64,000 nucleotides of DNA, taken from an uncultured Spirochaetota bacterium. Its GTDB lineage: Bacteria; Spirochaetota; UBA4802; UBA5550. A program made the position numbers and the translations under genes. This document shows positions 11,533 to 20,986 of this stretch, piece by piece. The stretch spans positions 201,410-265,409 of the forward strand of contig CAWHAA010000001.1 in the NCBI GenBank assembly GCA_963827275.1. The letters are read 5' to 3'. Every line of letters begins with the position of its first letter. Within the stretch, counting starts at the first letter, position 1. The notes beneath the pieces are model-generated. The model was not told where the DNA came from. It ran no database searches and saw only the letters and a list, made by a program, of their open reading frames with translations.

Positions 11533-12447
11533 ATGCTTGATAAATTCGTAGAAGAAATTTTCGGAATGATCGTCGCGCACAACTCGAAGGCGAACAATGA
11601 CGCTATCCCCCACTCCGACAACTTCGCGAAAGAGGTGCAATCCCTCCTGGGGATCGACCACCCGGAAATCATCAGGATCATACGGATATTAAAAGACTCC
11701 CACAAGATCTTCACGTTCGAGATCATAAAGGAAGACCCGGAAAACGAGATCAAGCGGATCGACGGGTACGTGGAAACCGACCTCCAGACCATCCGCAAAC
11801 TCAAGAATTATTTCCAGAAGCTCCTCATGGACGAGTACGAAAAGCAGTTCAGCAAGCGCATGCTGGTCCACCAGGTCGTGAAGGACATGTATGCGCGGCC
11901 CGGCTTTTACAAAAACACGATGCTCGGGCAGGTCGGCAACAAGGCGATCATGCTGGAGGAATACGAGGGCTTCATAGAGCGGAATTTCAATGAATTCACC
12001 GACTCGTGGAAGACGAAAAAGCTCACCGAGCTGATTGCGATGTCCGAAAACAAGCTGCTCGGGGACGCGCCGGCATCGAAAGAGAGCGTCGCCCCGGAGG
12101 GAAGCCAGCCGGCCCGGAGGACGGCCTCGTCAAGCCAGCGCGCGGTGGATTCCGCGCAATACCAGAATTATACCGCCGATAAATCCAAACAGTCGATCGA
12201 TAAAGTGTTACAGATATACGGGGTCGAGTTCTTCTTCAGAATACACCTGCGGAAATATGAATTTGAATCACTGCGGCAGATCATTGAAAGCGGGGTGATC
12301 GACCGGCGGAGCGACCTGGCCAAGCTGAAAGAGATGATACAGAAGATGAAATCAAACACGGGGAAAGACCCGAAGCTCCTCGAATACTCGGACCAGATCT
12401 ACAAGCTCGAGCGGATGATTTCACGGCAGATGCTTTACAGCAACTGA
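11533..12447 (+). CDS. Hypothetical cytoplasmic protein
   Basis: 304-aa ORF with genome-typical codon usage, no overlap with other real genes. Confidence 0.75.
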   Translation: MLDKFVEEIFGMIVAHNSKANNDAIPHSDNFAKEVQSLLGIDHPEIIRIIRILKDSHKIFTFEIIKEDPENEIKRIDGYVETDLQTIRKLKNYFQKLLMDEYEKQFSKRMLVHQVVKDMYARPGFYKNTMLGQVGNKAIMLEEYEGFIERNFNEFTDSWKTKKLTELIAMSENKLLGDAPASKESVAPEGSQPARRTASSSQRAVDSAQYQNYTADKSKQSIDKVLQIYGVEFFFRIHLRKYEFESLRQIIESGVIDRRSDLAKLKEMIQKMKSNTGKDPKLLEYSDQIYKLERMISRQMLYSN

Positions 12448-12465
12448 CCGGTCCCCGTCCGGCGC

Positions 12466-13023
12466 TTACTTCGACGCGCACGGGATCTTCCCGTCCATGT
12501 AATCCTTGAACGGCACTTTTTTCTGATAACATTCTTCCCTGATATATCTCAGAAGCGGCAGGAAGGTCTCCCTGTTGATGTATCCCGGGATCTTTGTGAT
12601 CAGGGCGCCGTCGCGGTCCATGAACACGACCGTGGGAAGACCCTGAACGCCGAGCATCATGCTGAATTCCTGCTTGGTGAGCAGGTGGTTCTTGTACTTT
12701 ATTGTTTCGCCAGGGTCCCTGTCGGTATGGATGCGTATGCAGATATAATTGTCCCTGAGATTTTTCGCCACCTCGGGGTCGGAGAAGACCTCGGCCTCCA
12801 TCTTGCGGCACCAGCCGCACCAGTCCGCGTAAAAGTCCATCACGATGTGCTTGCGCTTTTCCGCCGCGAGCTTCACTCCTTCATTGAACGGATGCCAGGT
12901 GATGGCGGCGTCTCCCCCGGAAACGGCGCCCTGCTTTTCTCTCTCCTTCTCCGACGACTTTGAACAGGCGGGAGCCGTGACCAGTACCGCCAGCGCTATC
13001 AGAAGTATATTGACCTTATTCAT
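12466..13023 (-). CDS. Thioredoxin-fold lipoprotein (SoxW/DUF255-like)
   Basis: Lipobox-like TAPAC; DFYADWCGWC; GVQGLPT cis-Pro motif. Confidence 0.88.
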   Translation of the reverse strand: MNKVNILLIALAVLVTAPACSKSSEKEREKQGAVSGGDAAITWHPFNEGVKLAAEKRKHIVMDFYADWCGWCRKMEAEVFSDPEVAKNLRDNYICIRIHTDRDPGETIKYKNHLLTKQEFSMMLGVQGLPTVVFMDRDGALITKIPGYINRETFLPLLRYIREECYQKKVPFKDYMDGKIPCASK

Positions 13024-13284
13024 TGGTATCTCCATGGATTTGAACATTCCGCCCGCAACGGATAGGATGATGCAGCAATAAAACAATAAAACCATCTGTC
13101 AAATACAATACGTACGCCCGTGTATCGCATACTCATGTATGGAAATCCCTCATGGCAGATGTTACGCCGCTGCACCATGGAATCCAGTTATTTTAGAATT
13201 TAATTAATTACTTTATATTTGTCAAGCTTTTTCCCATAAAAAATATCATTGACCGGCGCCATCATCTACGGGCAGATGATGGGC

Positions 13285-13908
13285 ATGAAACATACCGCCG
13301 GCAAACGCAGCATCGGGATCATTATCGCAACCACAATCGAGGCGGAGCCCTTCCTGAGGGGCCTCGATCTCGCCACCGCGGAGACAAAACCGGTCCGCGT
13401 ATGGAGCGGGGAGCGCGTTGTTCTCGCGCTATCGGACATAGGAAAGTCAAACGCGGCGATAGCCACCGCGCATTGCATCGAGGCGCACCGGCCGTCGGTG
13501 ATACTGAATTTCGGCGCGGCCGGCGCCGCAGACCCGAAGGCGGCGATCGGCGACATCTACCACGTGGACAAGGTGTATGAGCTCGACCGCCCGCAGATGC
13601 AGCACGCCACGCCGGTGGTGCACAAGCCCGACACGCTGAAGGGGTTCCGCAGGGCCTCGTGCGGCACCGCTGACCGGCCGGTGCTTGAAGCGCATGAACG
13701 CGCCCGCGCCGCGCAGTTCGCCGATATCGTCGACATGGAAGCGTCGGCCATTGTCCAGGCCTGCGGGCGGTACGGCGTGAAGTGCCACATCTTCAAGGTC
13801 ATCACCGATACGGAGGGAAGCGGGGTGCGGGACATCATACGCAACATGGTGCTGACGAGGAATTCGCTTTTCGAGTTCTACCGGGACAGGGTGGCGCCCC
13901 TGGTGTAA
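13285..13908 (+). CDS. Nucleoside phosphorylase/MTA-SAH nucleosidase family protein
   Basis: IGKSNAAIA, LNFGAAGA, VDMEASA, KVITD. Confidence 0.8.
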   Translation: MKHTAGKRSIGIIIATTIEAEPFLRGLDLATAETKPVRVWSGERVVLALSDIGKSNAAIATAHCIEAHRPSVILNFGAAGAADPKAAIGDIYHVDKVYELDRPQMQHATPVVHKPDTLKGFRRASCGTADRPVLEAHERARAAQFADIVDMEASAIVQACGRYGVKCHIFKVITDTEGSGVRDIIRNMVLTRNSLFEFYRDRVAPLV

Positions 13909-13919
13909 CGGCGGGCGCC

Positions 13920-14864
13920 CTACAGCTCCGCCGGCTCCCTGATCGTGATAGCGTGCTTCTTCATGAAATCCCCGAACCCGTACACCTTTTTACCGAGGAA
14001 GACCATGTCTATCGCCTGCACCGGGCAGTTATTCACACACCCCATGCACGCGATGCACCCCTTCCTGTCGATGAACGGCGTTTCCATGTCGATCACCCCG
14101 ACGGGGCATTTCTTCACGCAGATGCCGCATTTGGTGCATCGCTCCCTGTCGATCTGGTGCCTGGTTATCATGAGCTTGGTCAACTTCACCTGGAAAGACC
14201 CCTTCAGAAACTCCCCCGCGTAATATTCCTTCTTGATTACGGGCACGGCCCCCCCGCGCACCGTCGCGAGCACCTGTTCTGCGAACCCGCGCACCTGGCG
14301 GTAGATATCCTCATTCGGCCGGTCGCGGTACTTCAGGACCCGCTTTTCATTTCCCATGGACCAGGTCGGCGCGAAGGTTGACATGTTGCCGAATGTCGCG
14401 ATGCCGGCCGGGACGCCGCCCTTCTCCGCCAGCAGCTGGAGGAGATACCACGCGGTATTGTACTGGTTGTCGCCCGGGCCCCCGAAGGTGGAATAGGCCG
14501 CGACCGGCGTGCCGTCTATCGACGGGATGTCCTTCAGCCATGACCGAACGTTTTCCGGCGCATCAAGATAATAGACCGGCGTGCCCATGATGATGAGGTC
14601 GAAATTTTTGATTATGGATTGATCACAGTCGCGGATGTCGAGGGCCTTCACCTTCAGGCCGCGTTTTTCAAGCGTCCTGCCGATGAGCCTGCCGTTCCGC
14701 GCCGTGTGGCCCGCCTGGCTGTACCAGAGAACGAGCGCTGTTTTCGGATTGGTCGTCTTCATATTTTTCCCCGTTGTATCGATCCGCTCCCCGGCGCACC
14801 CCGGGACGGCCGCCATCGCGGCCGCGCCCGCGCCTGCAATCAGGAAGTTCCTTCTTGTTTCCAT
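13920..14864 (-). CDS. Flavodoxin + 2x[4Fe-4S] ferredoxin fusion (EFR1-like) with Tat/lipoprotein signal
   Basis: RRNFL...AVPGC; WYSQAGHT flavodoxin loop; CTKCGICVKKCP and CIACMGCVNNCP; AAGGAG RBS. Confidence 0.87.
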   Translation of the reverse strand: METRRNFLIAGAGAAAMAAVPGCAGERIDTTGKNMKTTNPKTALVLWYSQAGHTARNGRLIGRTLEKRGLKVKALDIRDCDQSIIKNFDLIIMGTPVYYLDAPENVRSWLKDIPSIDGTPVAAYSTFGGPGDNQYNTAWYLLQLLAEKGGVPAGIATFGNMSTFAPTWSMGNEKRVLKYRDRPNEDIYRQVRGFAEQVLATVRGGAVPVIKKEYYAGEFLKGSFQVKLTKLMITRHQIDRERCTKCGICVKKCPVGVIDMETPFIDRKGCIACMGCVNNCPVQAIDMVFLGKKVYGFGDFMKKHAITIREPAEL

Positions 14865-15173
14865 ATACCCCTCCTTCCGCCGGGATAGTGGTAGCACCAT
14901 GCCCGCGCCATGTCAAGTACCATACCGGCAACGCTACCGGTCGGCAGGAAACAAGTCCTTCATCAGCCGGCGGAACCCGGTATCGCCATGGCGGTGCCTG
15001 AGCTGCCGGAGCCCGAGGTAAAGAGAACAGTCACGGTTGTTATGATTGACTCACGAGCCTGATTCCACCATGCATCAAGGATAATAAATCCTGAACGAAG
15101 ACAGCCCGCGAGAAACGCGGGTTGAATGATCCATACGCACCATCATTTTAAACGTTGAATCCGATCAGATCGT

Positions 15174-15207
15174 AACGGGGTTGTCCCGGGACAACCCCGT
15201 TCTTTTT
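15174..15207. terminator. Perfect 28-bp palindrome with adjacent T tract, likely terminator
   Basis: AACGGGGTTGTCCCGGGACAACCCCGTT just downstream of the BASS gene stop. Confidence 0.65.
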
Positions 15208-15218
15208 GCCCGCTTTTC

Positions 15219-16574
15219 CTATCCTGCTTCCCGGTCCGATGAAAGCTTCCTGAACACGAACACGAAGAAGAGCCCGGCGATATACATCTCCAGGCCATAC
15301 ACGCCGTTGACGATGAAAAGTGAGCTGTAGAAGTCGCCGACCTGGTCCTGGATGAGGATCGCCAGCGTCATGGAGAGCGCGGAATTGCGCACCCCGGTTT
15401 CAAATGCGAGGGAGCGCATCTGCTTTGCCGGCAGGCGGAAAACTTTTGCCACTGCAATCGCCAGGAGCATGCCGGTCAGGGCCAGTGCCAGAGGAGCGAA
15501 GTAGAAGGAAACGCTATAACGCTCGGTATCAGCCAATGAGCCGAGGTTGGTCACCACGCCGGTCACCATGATGAAGAGCACCGTGATGATGCCCAGGACC
15601 GAGAAGATGGGGGCCGCTTTGATCGCGGCTTTTTCAAAGCGGGCCCGCAGCGTCATGCCCACCGCCAGGGGGACGATTACCAGTACGATGATGGTCTGCG
15701 CAATGAGGCCCGAGGGAACGGTCGCTCCTGCCCCGGTGCTCCCGTACAGCTTGAGGAGAAGCGGTGTGCAGACAAGGGCCAGGATCGTAGAGACCGAGGT
15801 AAGGGAGATGGAGAGGGCAAGGTCACCCTTTGAGAAATGGGTGAGCAGGTTCGAGGTGACCCCGGCCGGGCTTGCCGTCGCCAGTATCAGGCCCATGTAG
15901 ATGAAGGGAAAGGCGTGGTAGAACCCGAAGAGATGGCTCAGGCCGAGGGCGACCAGTGGCATCAGGCCGTACTGGAGCAGGACGCCCAGGATGATCCCCA
16001 GGGGCTTGCGGATGACCAGCGTGAAGTCGCTGATCTTAAGGGTGAGCCCCATCCCCACCATGACGAAGAAGAGCATGAGCACAATCGAGATCTTAAATAT
16101 CCGGTCGAAGAGAACGGCCTTCGGCGCGCCGGTGATCCGGGCGAACGTGTAGGCCCTGCCATCATGGACGCCGGAAGCCGTATCAAGTTGATACATCATC
16201 CTGTTTTCGGATAATTTTTCGAATTCTTCCGGGGTGCGTCCGCCCTCGGCCGGCAGGGAGAGGATGTACATGTCTCCGGCGGCGCCGCGTATAAAGTAGA
16301 GGGGCTGACCACTGGCCGCGCCGGGGGCGGCTTTCGGCTTCAGGATGCGGAGGTTCCCGGTCAGGTCGGTTTTGCCGGCGGCTGACCAGTCAAGGTCCCG
16401 GGACCGGGCGTTTAATCCTTCCACGAAGGAAGCGTCTCCCTCGCTGATGATTTTTTTAGATAGATACCGATAGAGTTCTTCTCCTTCCGAAGACGCGCCA
16501 GCGGCCATGACGGCAGAGGCGAGAATGATCGAGCAGATGACCGCAGCTGCACTTGTTAGTTTTTTCATGGGCAT
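15219..16574 (-). CDS. Bile acid:sodium symporter (BASS) family transporter with extra N-terminal exported domain
   Basis: MVGMGLTL, QYGLMP, PAGVTSN, GDLALSISLT, ETGVRNSAL; signal peptide plus about 130 aa of soluble sequence precede TM1. Confidence 0.88.
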   Translation of the reverse strand: MPMKKLTSAAAVICSIILASAVMAAGASSEGEELYRYLSKKIISEGDASFVEGLNARSRDLDWSAAGKTDLTGNLRILKPKAAPGAASGQPLYFIRGAAGDMYILSLPAEGGRTPEEFEKLSENRMMYQLDTASGVHDGRAYTFARITGAPKAVLFDRIFKISIVLMLFFVMVGMGLTLKISDFTLVIRKPLGIILGVLLQYGLMPLVALGLSHLFGFYHAFPFIYMGLILATASPAGVTSNLLTHFSKGDLALSISLTSVSTILALVCTPLLLKLYGSTGAGATVPSGLIAQTIIVLVIVPLAVGMTLRARFEKAAIKAAPIFSVLGIITVLFIMVTGVVTNLGSLADTERYSVSFYFAPLALALTGMLLAIAVAKVFRLPAKQMRSLAFETGVRNSALSMTLAILIQDQVGDFYSSLFIVNGVYGLEMYIAGLFFVFVFRKLSSDREAG

Positions 16575-16719
16575 ATACCTTCCTGTGTTATTTTTTGAGG
16601 CTTACCCTCTGTTGCCGGGTTGTACCCGGTATAGAGAACCCGCTCGCCGAGTATATCCTCATTCGAGAGGATGACGGCCTTCGCGGAAATGGAGCCAATA
16701 TCGATTCCGGCGGTGCAGA

Positions 16720-17979
16720 TTACCGCCGCTTTCTGCCGTGTAAAATCTCCATGAATGCCTCGATGCGCGTACCGATCTGCGCTTCGCTGAAGGCCCGCTC
16801 GTCGACCATGTCAGCCTCGATGATAAGGGTCGGGATCCCCAGCTCTTGCATGACCCGCTTCTGGAGATCGTACTGGCCGAGGGAATAGGGCTTGCAGCTC
16901 CTGTTCGAATGCATCACGAGACCATCGGCGCCGTATTTCAGGAGCATTTTTTTCAGCGTCTCGTACATTTTATCGATGGAGATATTGATGTACACGCTTG
17001 AGTACGCCACGGCCATTGATTCGAGAAAATTATTTTCGTCAAGCAGGTGAATGACGCCGCTCCACGCCGACGTGTAGGTATCGGCGACAAGGGAGGCCTC
17101 GTGAGCCGCAAAGGTATCGGAGAGCCACTTGGTGCGGTACCACACGGGGAGATTGTCCCATATGAGACGGTACTTCTCGACCGGGAGCATCCCGATCCCT
17201 TCGGCGATGCGCGACCGCATCTCGTCCCGCAGCTGCGTGTAATAATCGACGGCGGCCTGCGTCCCCCGCAGGGTGACGATCAGCGCGAGATGGAAGAAGG
17301 CGTCAAAGGCGGTCATGGGCGCCGGCCTGTGCATGGTCGTGTCGAGGACCTCCTGCCACAGCTTCTGGCCCTGTATGGAAAGCCGTCCGACCTCGAGCAT
17401 GTGATCATGGTCCATTTTCCTTCCGCATACGTGCTCTAAAAACAAGATATACTCCTGCATCTGGCGTACGACGTACCGCTTCGCGTCATCCGAAAATTCC
17501 GTGTGAATGAACGGCGTGTCCAGAATAAAGAGGGGGACGTTGAAGTAGCGCGCCTGCACCTCGTACCATTTGAGCACGGTCCCGCAGATATTGTTGCAGC
17601 ACACGAGAAAGTCGGGTTTCGGGAGACCGCCGATGGGCCCCCCGTTCACGGTCGCGCAGGATATGTCGGAGCGGGCGTACGAGCAGAGGTCGCGGGAGTA
17701 TCCCATGGCCTCGGCCTTTTCGCAGAGATCGATCCCCATCCTGGTCGCGCCGATCATGGCGCCGTAATTCTCGGGATACACGGGGATCACTCCCATGGCG
17801 ATCAGCGGCTCCACCGGCCCGCCGCTGGTGATCCACGCGACTTTCTTGCCGTTCTGCGCCGCTGATTTCGCGTCTATATAATAGGCGGTCATGATTTCCT
17901 TCATCCTCTTGACCGACTTTATCTTTCGTTTCTCCTTTTCGGGGTCCTTAACGGAAGCATCCGGCTGTATCGTTGTCAT
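16720..17979 (-). CDS. 2-hydroxyacyl-CoA dehydratase / benzoyl-CoA reductase family subunit (HgdA/BzdO-like)
   Basis: PVYPENY, GYSRDLCSYAR, CCNNIC, HSNRSCKPYS, TRIEAFME. Confidence 0.88.
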   Translation of the reverse strand: MTTIQPDASVKDPEKEKRKIKSVKRMKEIMTAYYIDAKSAAQNGKKVAWITSGGPVEPLIAMGVIPVYPENYGAMIGATRMGIDLCEKAEAMGYSRDLCSYARSDISCATVNGGPIGGLPKPDFLVCCNNICGTVLKWYEVQARYFNVPLFILDTPFIHTEFSDDAKRYVVRQMQEYILFLEHVCGRKMDHDHMLEVGRLSIQGQKLWQEVLDTTMHRPAPMTAFDAFFHLALIVTLRGTQAAVDYYTQLRDEMRSRIAEGIGMLPVEKYRLIWDNLPVWYRTKWLSDTFAAHEASLVADTYTSAWSGVIHLLDENNFLESMAVAYSSVYINISIDKMYETLKKMLLKYGADGLVMHSNRSCKPYSLGQYDLQKRVMQELGIPTLIIEADMVDERAFSEAQIGTRIEAFMEILHGRKRR

Positions 17980-17991
17980 CGCATAACCTCG

Positions 17992-19110
17992 CTATAGTGT
18001 CGACATAAAGGTTTCAAGGCGCGTCCTGAGCTGTCCCTCGGGCGGGAGATGTTCTTCGATCTCGAGGAGCATGCTGGGCACCCCCGCCCTGTCGAGGTAC
18101 TCCTTCATGTAGGGGTAATCGAAGGCGTGGGGATCGCAGAACTTGAGAAGGATGAAGACCACTCCGTCGGCCTTCGCGTCCTTGACCGAACGCAGGAGCC
18201 CGTCGCCCCGCGCCGTATTCGACATGTGTTTCGCCGGGCAGACGATACGGTCAGTGTAGCGCGATGCGATCGCCCTTATCGGATCGCCGTCTTCGGCGAT
18301 GATTCCCTGGAAATACCGCTCGCCGGTGCAGAGCTCGTCTCCGACCACGATCCCCCCCGACTCATTGAGAATCCCGTAGATGTCGGGGTGGTTGCACACG
18401 CCGCCGGCCAGGAAAATCCTCTTGTTTCCGTTCATGGCCGCCGGTTTTTCGCCGGCAAGCGCCGCGGCCAGCTCCGCGAGTTTCGCGGCCAGCTCGGTCC
18501 TGTCCATCACCATGGACGCCTTCATCACCGCGTGAAGATCACTGTCGCTGATGATCCCCGGTTTGTTCCTCCTGGCATTATAAATCCCGGAGAGCCGCTT
18601 CCGTATCCCGTTATACAGGGAGATCGACGCCCGTAGATCTTCGTCGCGTATCTCTTTTCCGAGCCCACTGGCAAGATCGGCCCTAAACTTTTTAATGACA
18701 TCGGCCATGTAGTCCCGCGCGCTGTCCGTGTCAAGCTTGACCGGCATCACGACGTCGCAGTGCAGGGCGAAGCCGGCGTTCAGCCGCCATATGTCCGACA
18801 GGCGCTGAATCGAATCGCAGGTGTGCGGGAACACCGTGCCGTCGAGAAAGCCCAGGGAACCGCTTAACGCGTCCTCGAGGGCCCCCCGCACCAGGGAGCA
18901 GGCATAGGTCTGCAGGTGCGCATCGGCCCTGCTGATCCGCTCTTTCCCGCCGAAGATGCGGAAGGGAACGGCCCCCGCGGCCGTGATGATCTCCTCAGGG
19001 GCATAGCTGCACAGCGTTCCTACGATTTTCTTTCCGGTTTTTTCCTTGAGTGACCCGGCATACCCGTAGGGATCGCCGGCCACGGACCTGAATAGTTCCA
19101 GTTCTTTCAT
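17992..19110 (-). CDS. 2-hydroxyacyl-CoA dehydratase / benzoyl-CoA reductase family subunit (HgdB/BzdN-like)
   Basis: YAPEEIITAAG, YACSLVR, PHTCDS, LKFCDPH, TRLETF; GGAGG RBS. Confidence 0.88.
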   Translation of the reverse strand: MKELELFRSVAGDPYGYAGSLKEKTGKKIVGTLCSYAPEEIITAAGAVPFRIFGGKERISRADAHLQTYACSLVRGALEDALSGSLGFLDGTVFPHTCDSIQRLSDIWRLNAGFALHCDVVMPVKLDTDSARDYMADVIKKFRADLASGLGKEIRDEDLRASISLYNGIRKRLSGIYNARRNKPGIISDSDLHAVMKASMVMDRTELAAKLAELAAALAGEKPAAMNGNKRIFLAGGVCNHPDIYGILNESGGIVVGDELCTGERYFQGIIAEDGDPIRAIASRYTDRIVCPAKHMSNTARGDGLLRSVKDAKADGVVFILLKFCDPHAFDYPYMKEYLDRAGVPSMLLEIEEHLPPEGQLRTRLETFMSTL

Positions 19111-19145
19111 TGGATCCTCCATACGATGAAACGTTCCGCCAGGGA

Positions 19146-20864
19146 TCATCTCCCTCCGGTGTACTGGCCATCTTTCTTGAGCCGGGCGATCGCCTCCTCC
19201 TCCAAGACCTTGTACGCTATCTTGCCCACGAGGGTCTTGGGGAGCTCGTCGCGGAACTCTATTTCACGCGGGCAGCTCCACTTGATGAGATCCTTGCGGC
19301 AGTGTTCGATGAGCTCCTTCTCCATCTCCGGACCTTTCCGGGCGCCGTCGTTGAGGACGACATAGGCCCTGACCCGCTCTACCTGGTCCTTGTCCGGTAT
19401 CCCGATGACGCACGCTTGCGACACCGCGGGATGTTTATAGAGCAGCTCCTCGACCTGCGCCGGATACACGTTCATGCCTGAAGACTTGATCATCCTTTTC
19501 TGGCGGAGCTTGAAATAGAAGAACCCGTCACTGTCCATGGTGCAGATATCGCCCGTGTGGAGCCATGTCCTGCCGTCGCCATGCTTCCTGAGAACGGCGG
19601 CCGTTTCCTCCGGCTGGTCGAGATATCCCATCATGACGGCCGGCCCGGCAACGCAGAGCTCCCCCTCCTCGCCGACCGGGACTTCCTTCACGGTGTCGGG
19701 TTTGACGATCTTGGCGAGCATGTCAGGGAAGGGAATTCCTACGCTCTTCTCCCGGTATTCTCCCAAGGGGGTGGCGATTATCCCGGTCACCGCCTCGGTG
19801 AGGCCGTATCCCTCGAGGAGCTTGACGTTTCCACCCTGCTTCCGGACGATCTCCTCGAAGCGGTCCTTTACCACCCGCGGGAGGCTGTCCGCCCCGCTGA
19901 ACGCGGCCTTGATGCACGACAGGTCGGTCTTCTGGAAGAGGGGGCTCTTGTTCAATGCTTCATACAGTGTGGGCACACCGATAATGAACGTCGGCCTGTT
20001 CTTCCGTATGAGTTTCGCCACGTCCTCAGGGGTGAAGGTGGGCACCAGGATCGTTTTTCCTCCCCCCATGAGCGTGCCGTTGACGCAGACGCCGAGGCCG
20101 AACCCGTGGAAAATGGGAAGAATTGCAAGGGTCGATGACGTGTCATCCATTCCCACCCAATTGGCCACCATGTGTCCATGGGAAATGAAATTGTAATTGG
20201 AGAGCATGATCCCCTTGGGAAATCCCGTGGTTCCCCCGCTGTATAGTATGACGGCCAGGTCGTTCGTGTCCGCTGAAATCCGGGGCAGTTCAGGATATTT
20301 CTTTTTCATCATATCCTTCCACCATGTGACCTGGGGATCGGCAGGCACCCCGGGGATCTTGCGGCCCGTGGTGGCCTTGAATCCGAGTTTCTTTATCATC
20401 GGTAGATAATCGGGGATTTTAGTCAGTATCAGGTGTTCAAGGGGTGCATTTTTCATGGCCTCCTTGAATTTGCCGTAAAAGGCGTCAATGGTGAGGGCTA
20501 TTTTGCTTTTACTGACAGTGATATAAAATTCAATTTCCTTGGTAGTCGAGAGCGGATGGATCATGCTCGCCACGCCGCCAAGCTTATTCACCGCGTAGAA
20601 ACAGATGACACCCTGCGGTGATGTGGGCATCGAAATGGTAATGCGGTCCCCTTTTTTCATTCCCAGGGCGGCAAGGGCTTTGGCGCACTGATCTATCTCT
20701 TCCGCAAATCTCTTATAGGTCGATGTGTATCCGAGAAAATCGTAAGCTGTCGCACCAGGCTTCTTCTCGACGCTTTTCATGATGGCCTGATACATCGTAA
20801 TTTTCGGATAAATTACAGATGCAGGGATGTTCCCATAGTATTTTAACCATGGTTTTTTGTCCAT
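19146..20864 (-). CDS. Long-chain acyl-CoA ligase (AMP-binding)
   Basis: YSGGTTGFPKG, EGYGLTE, WLHTGD, LPKTLVGK. Confidence 0.93.
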   Translation of the reverse strand: MDKKPWLKYYGNIPASVIYPKITMYQAIMKSVEKKPGATAYDFLGYTSTYKRFAEEIDQCAKALAALGMKKGDRITISMPTSPQGVICFYAVNKLGGVASMIHPLSTTKEIEFYITVSKSKIALTIDAFYGKFKEAMKNAPLEHLILTKIPDYLPMIKKLGFKATTGRKIPGVPADPQVTWWKDMMKKKYPELPRISADTNDLAVILYSGGTTGFPKGIMLSNYNFISHGHMVANWVGMDDTSSTLAILPIFHGFGLGVCVNGTLMGGGKTILVPTFTPEDVAKLIRKNRPTFIIGVPTLYEALNKSPLFQKTDLSCIKAAFSGADSLPRVVKDRFEEIVRKQGGNVKLLEGYGLTEAVTGIIATPLGEYREKSVGIPFPDMLAKIVKPDTVKEVPVGEEGELCVAGPAVMMGYLDQPEETAAVLRKHGDGRTWLHTGDICTMDSDGFFYFKLRQKRMIKSSGMNVYPAQVEELLYKHPAVSQACVIGIPDKDQVERVRAYVVLNDGARKGPEMEKELIEHCRKDLIKWSCPREIEFRDELPKTLVGKIAYKVLEEEAIARLKKDGQYTGGR

Positions 20865-20881
20865 TTTTTACCTCCAATGCT

Positions 20882-20898
20882 ATTCGGCATTATCGAAT
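20882..20898. promoter_or_regulatory. Putative IclR operator ATTCG-N7-CGAAT
   Basis: Palindrome just upstream of the ligase RBS in the divergent region facing the IclR gene. Confidence 0.45.
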
Positions 20899-20986
20899 CA
20901 TATGCTACATTGTAAAATTATATGCAACTATGTCAAACATTAATCAGCATTGTTCATTTTTTTTATTGACGATATTTTAATAAACC

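Noticed and set aside
14930..15125. Intergenic stretch with a hairpin (CAGCCCGCG-AGAAA-CGCGGGTTG) as a riboswitch or gene remnant
   Set aside because: No recognisable riboswitch consensus, and the short minus-strand reading has no identifiable family
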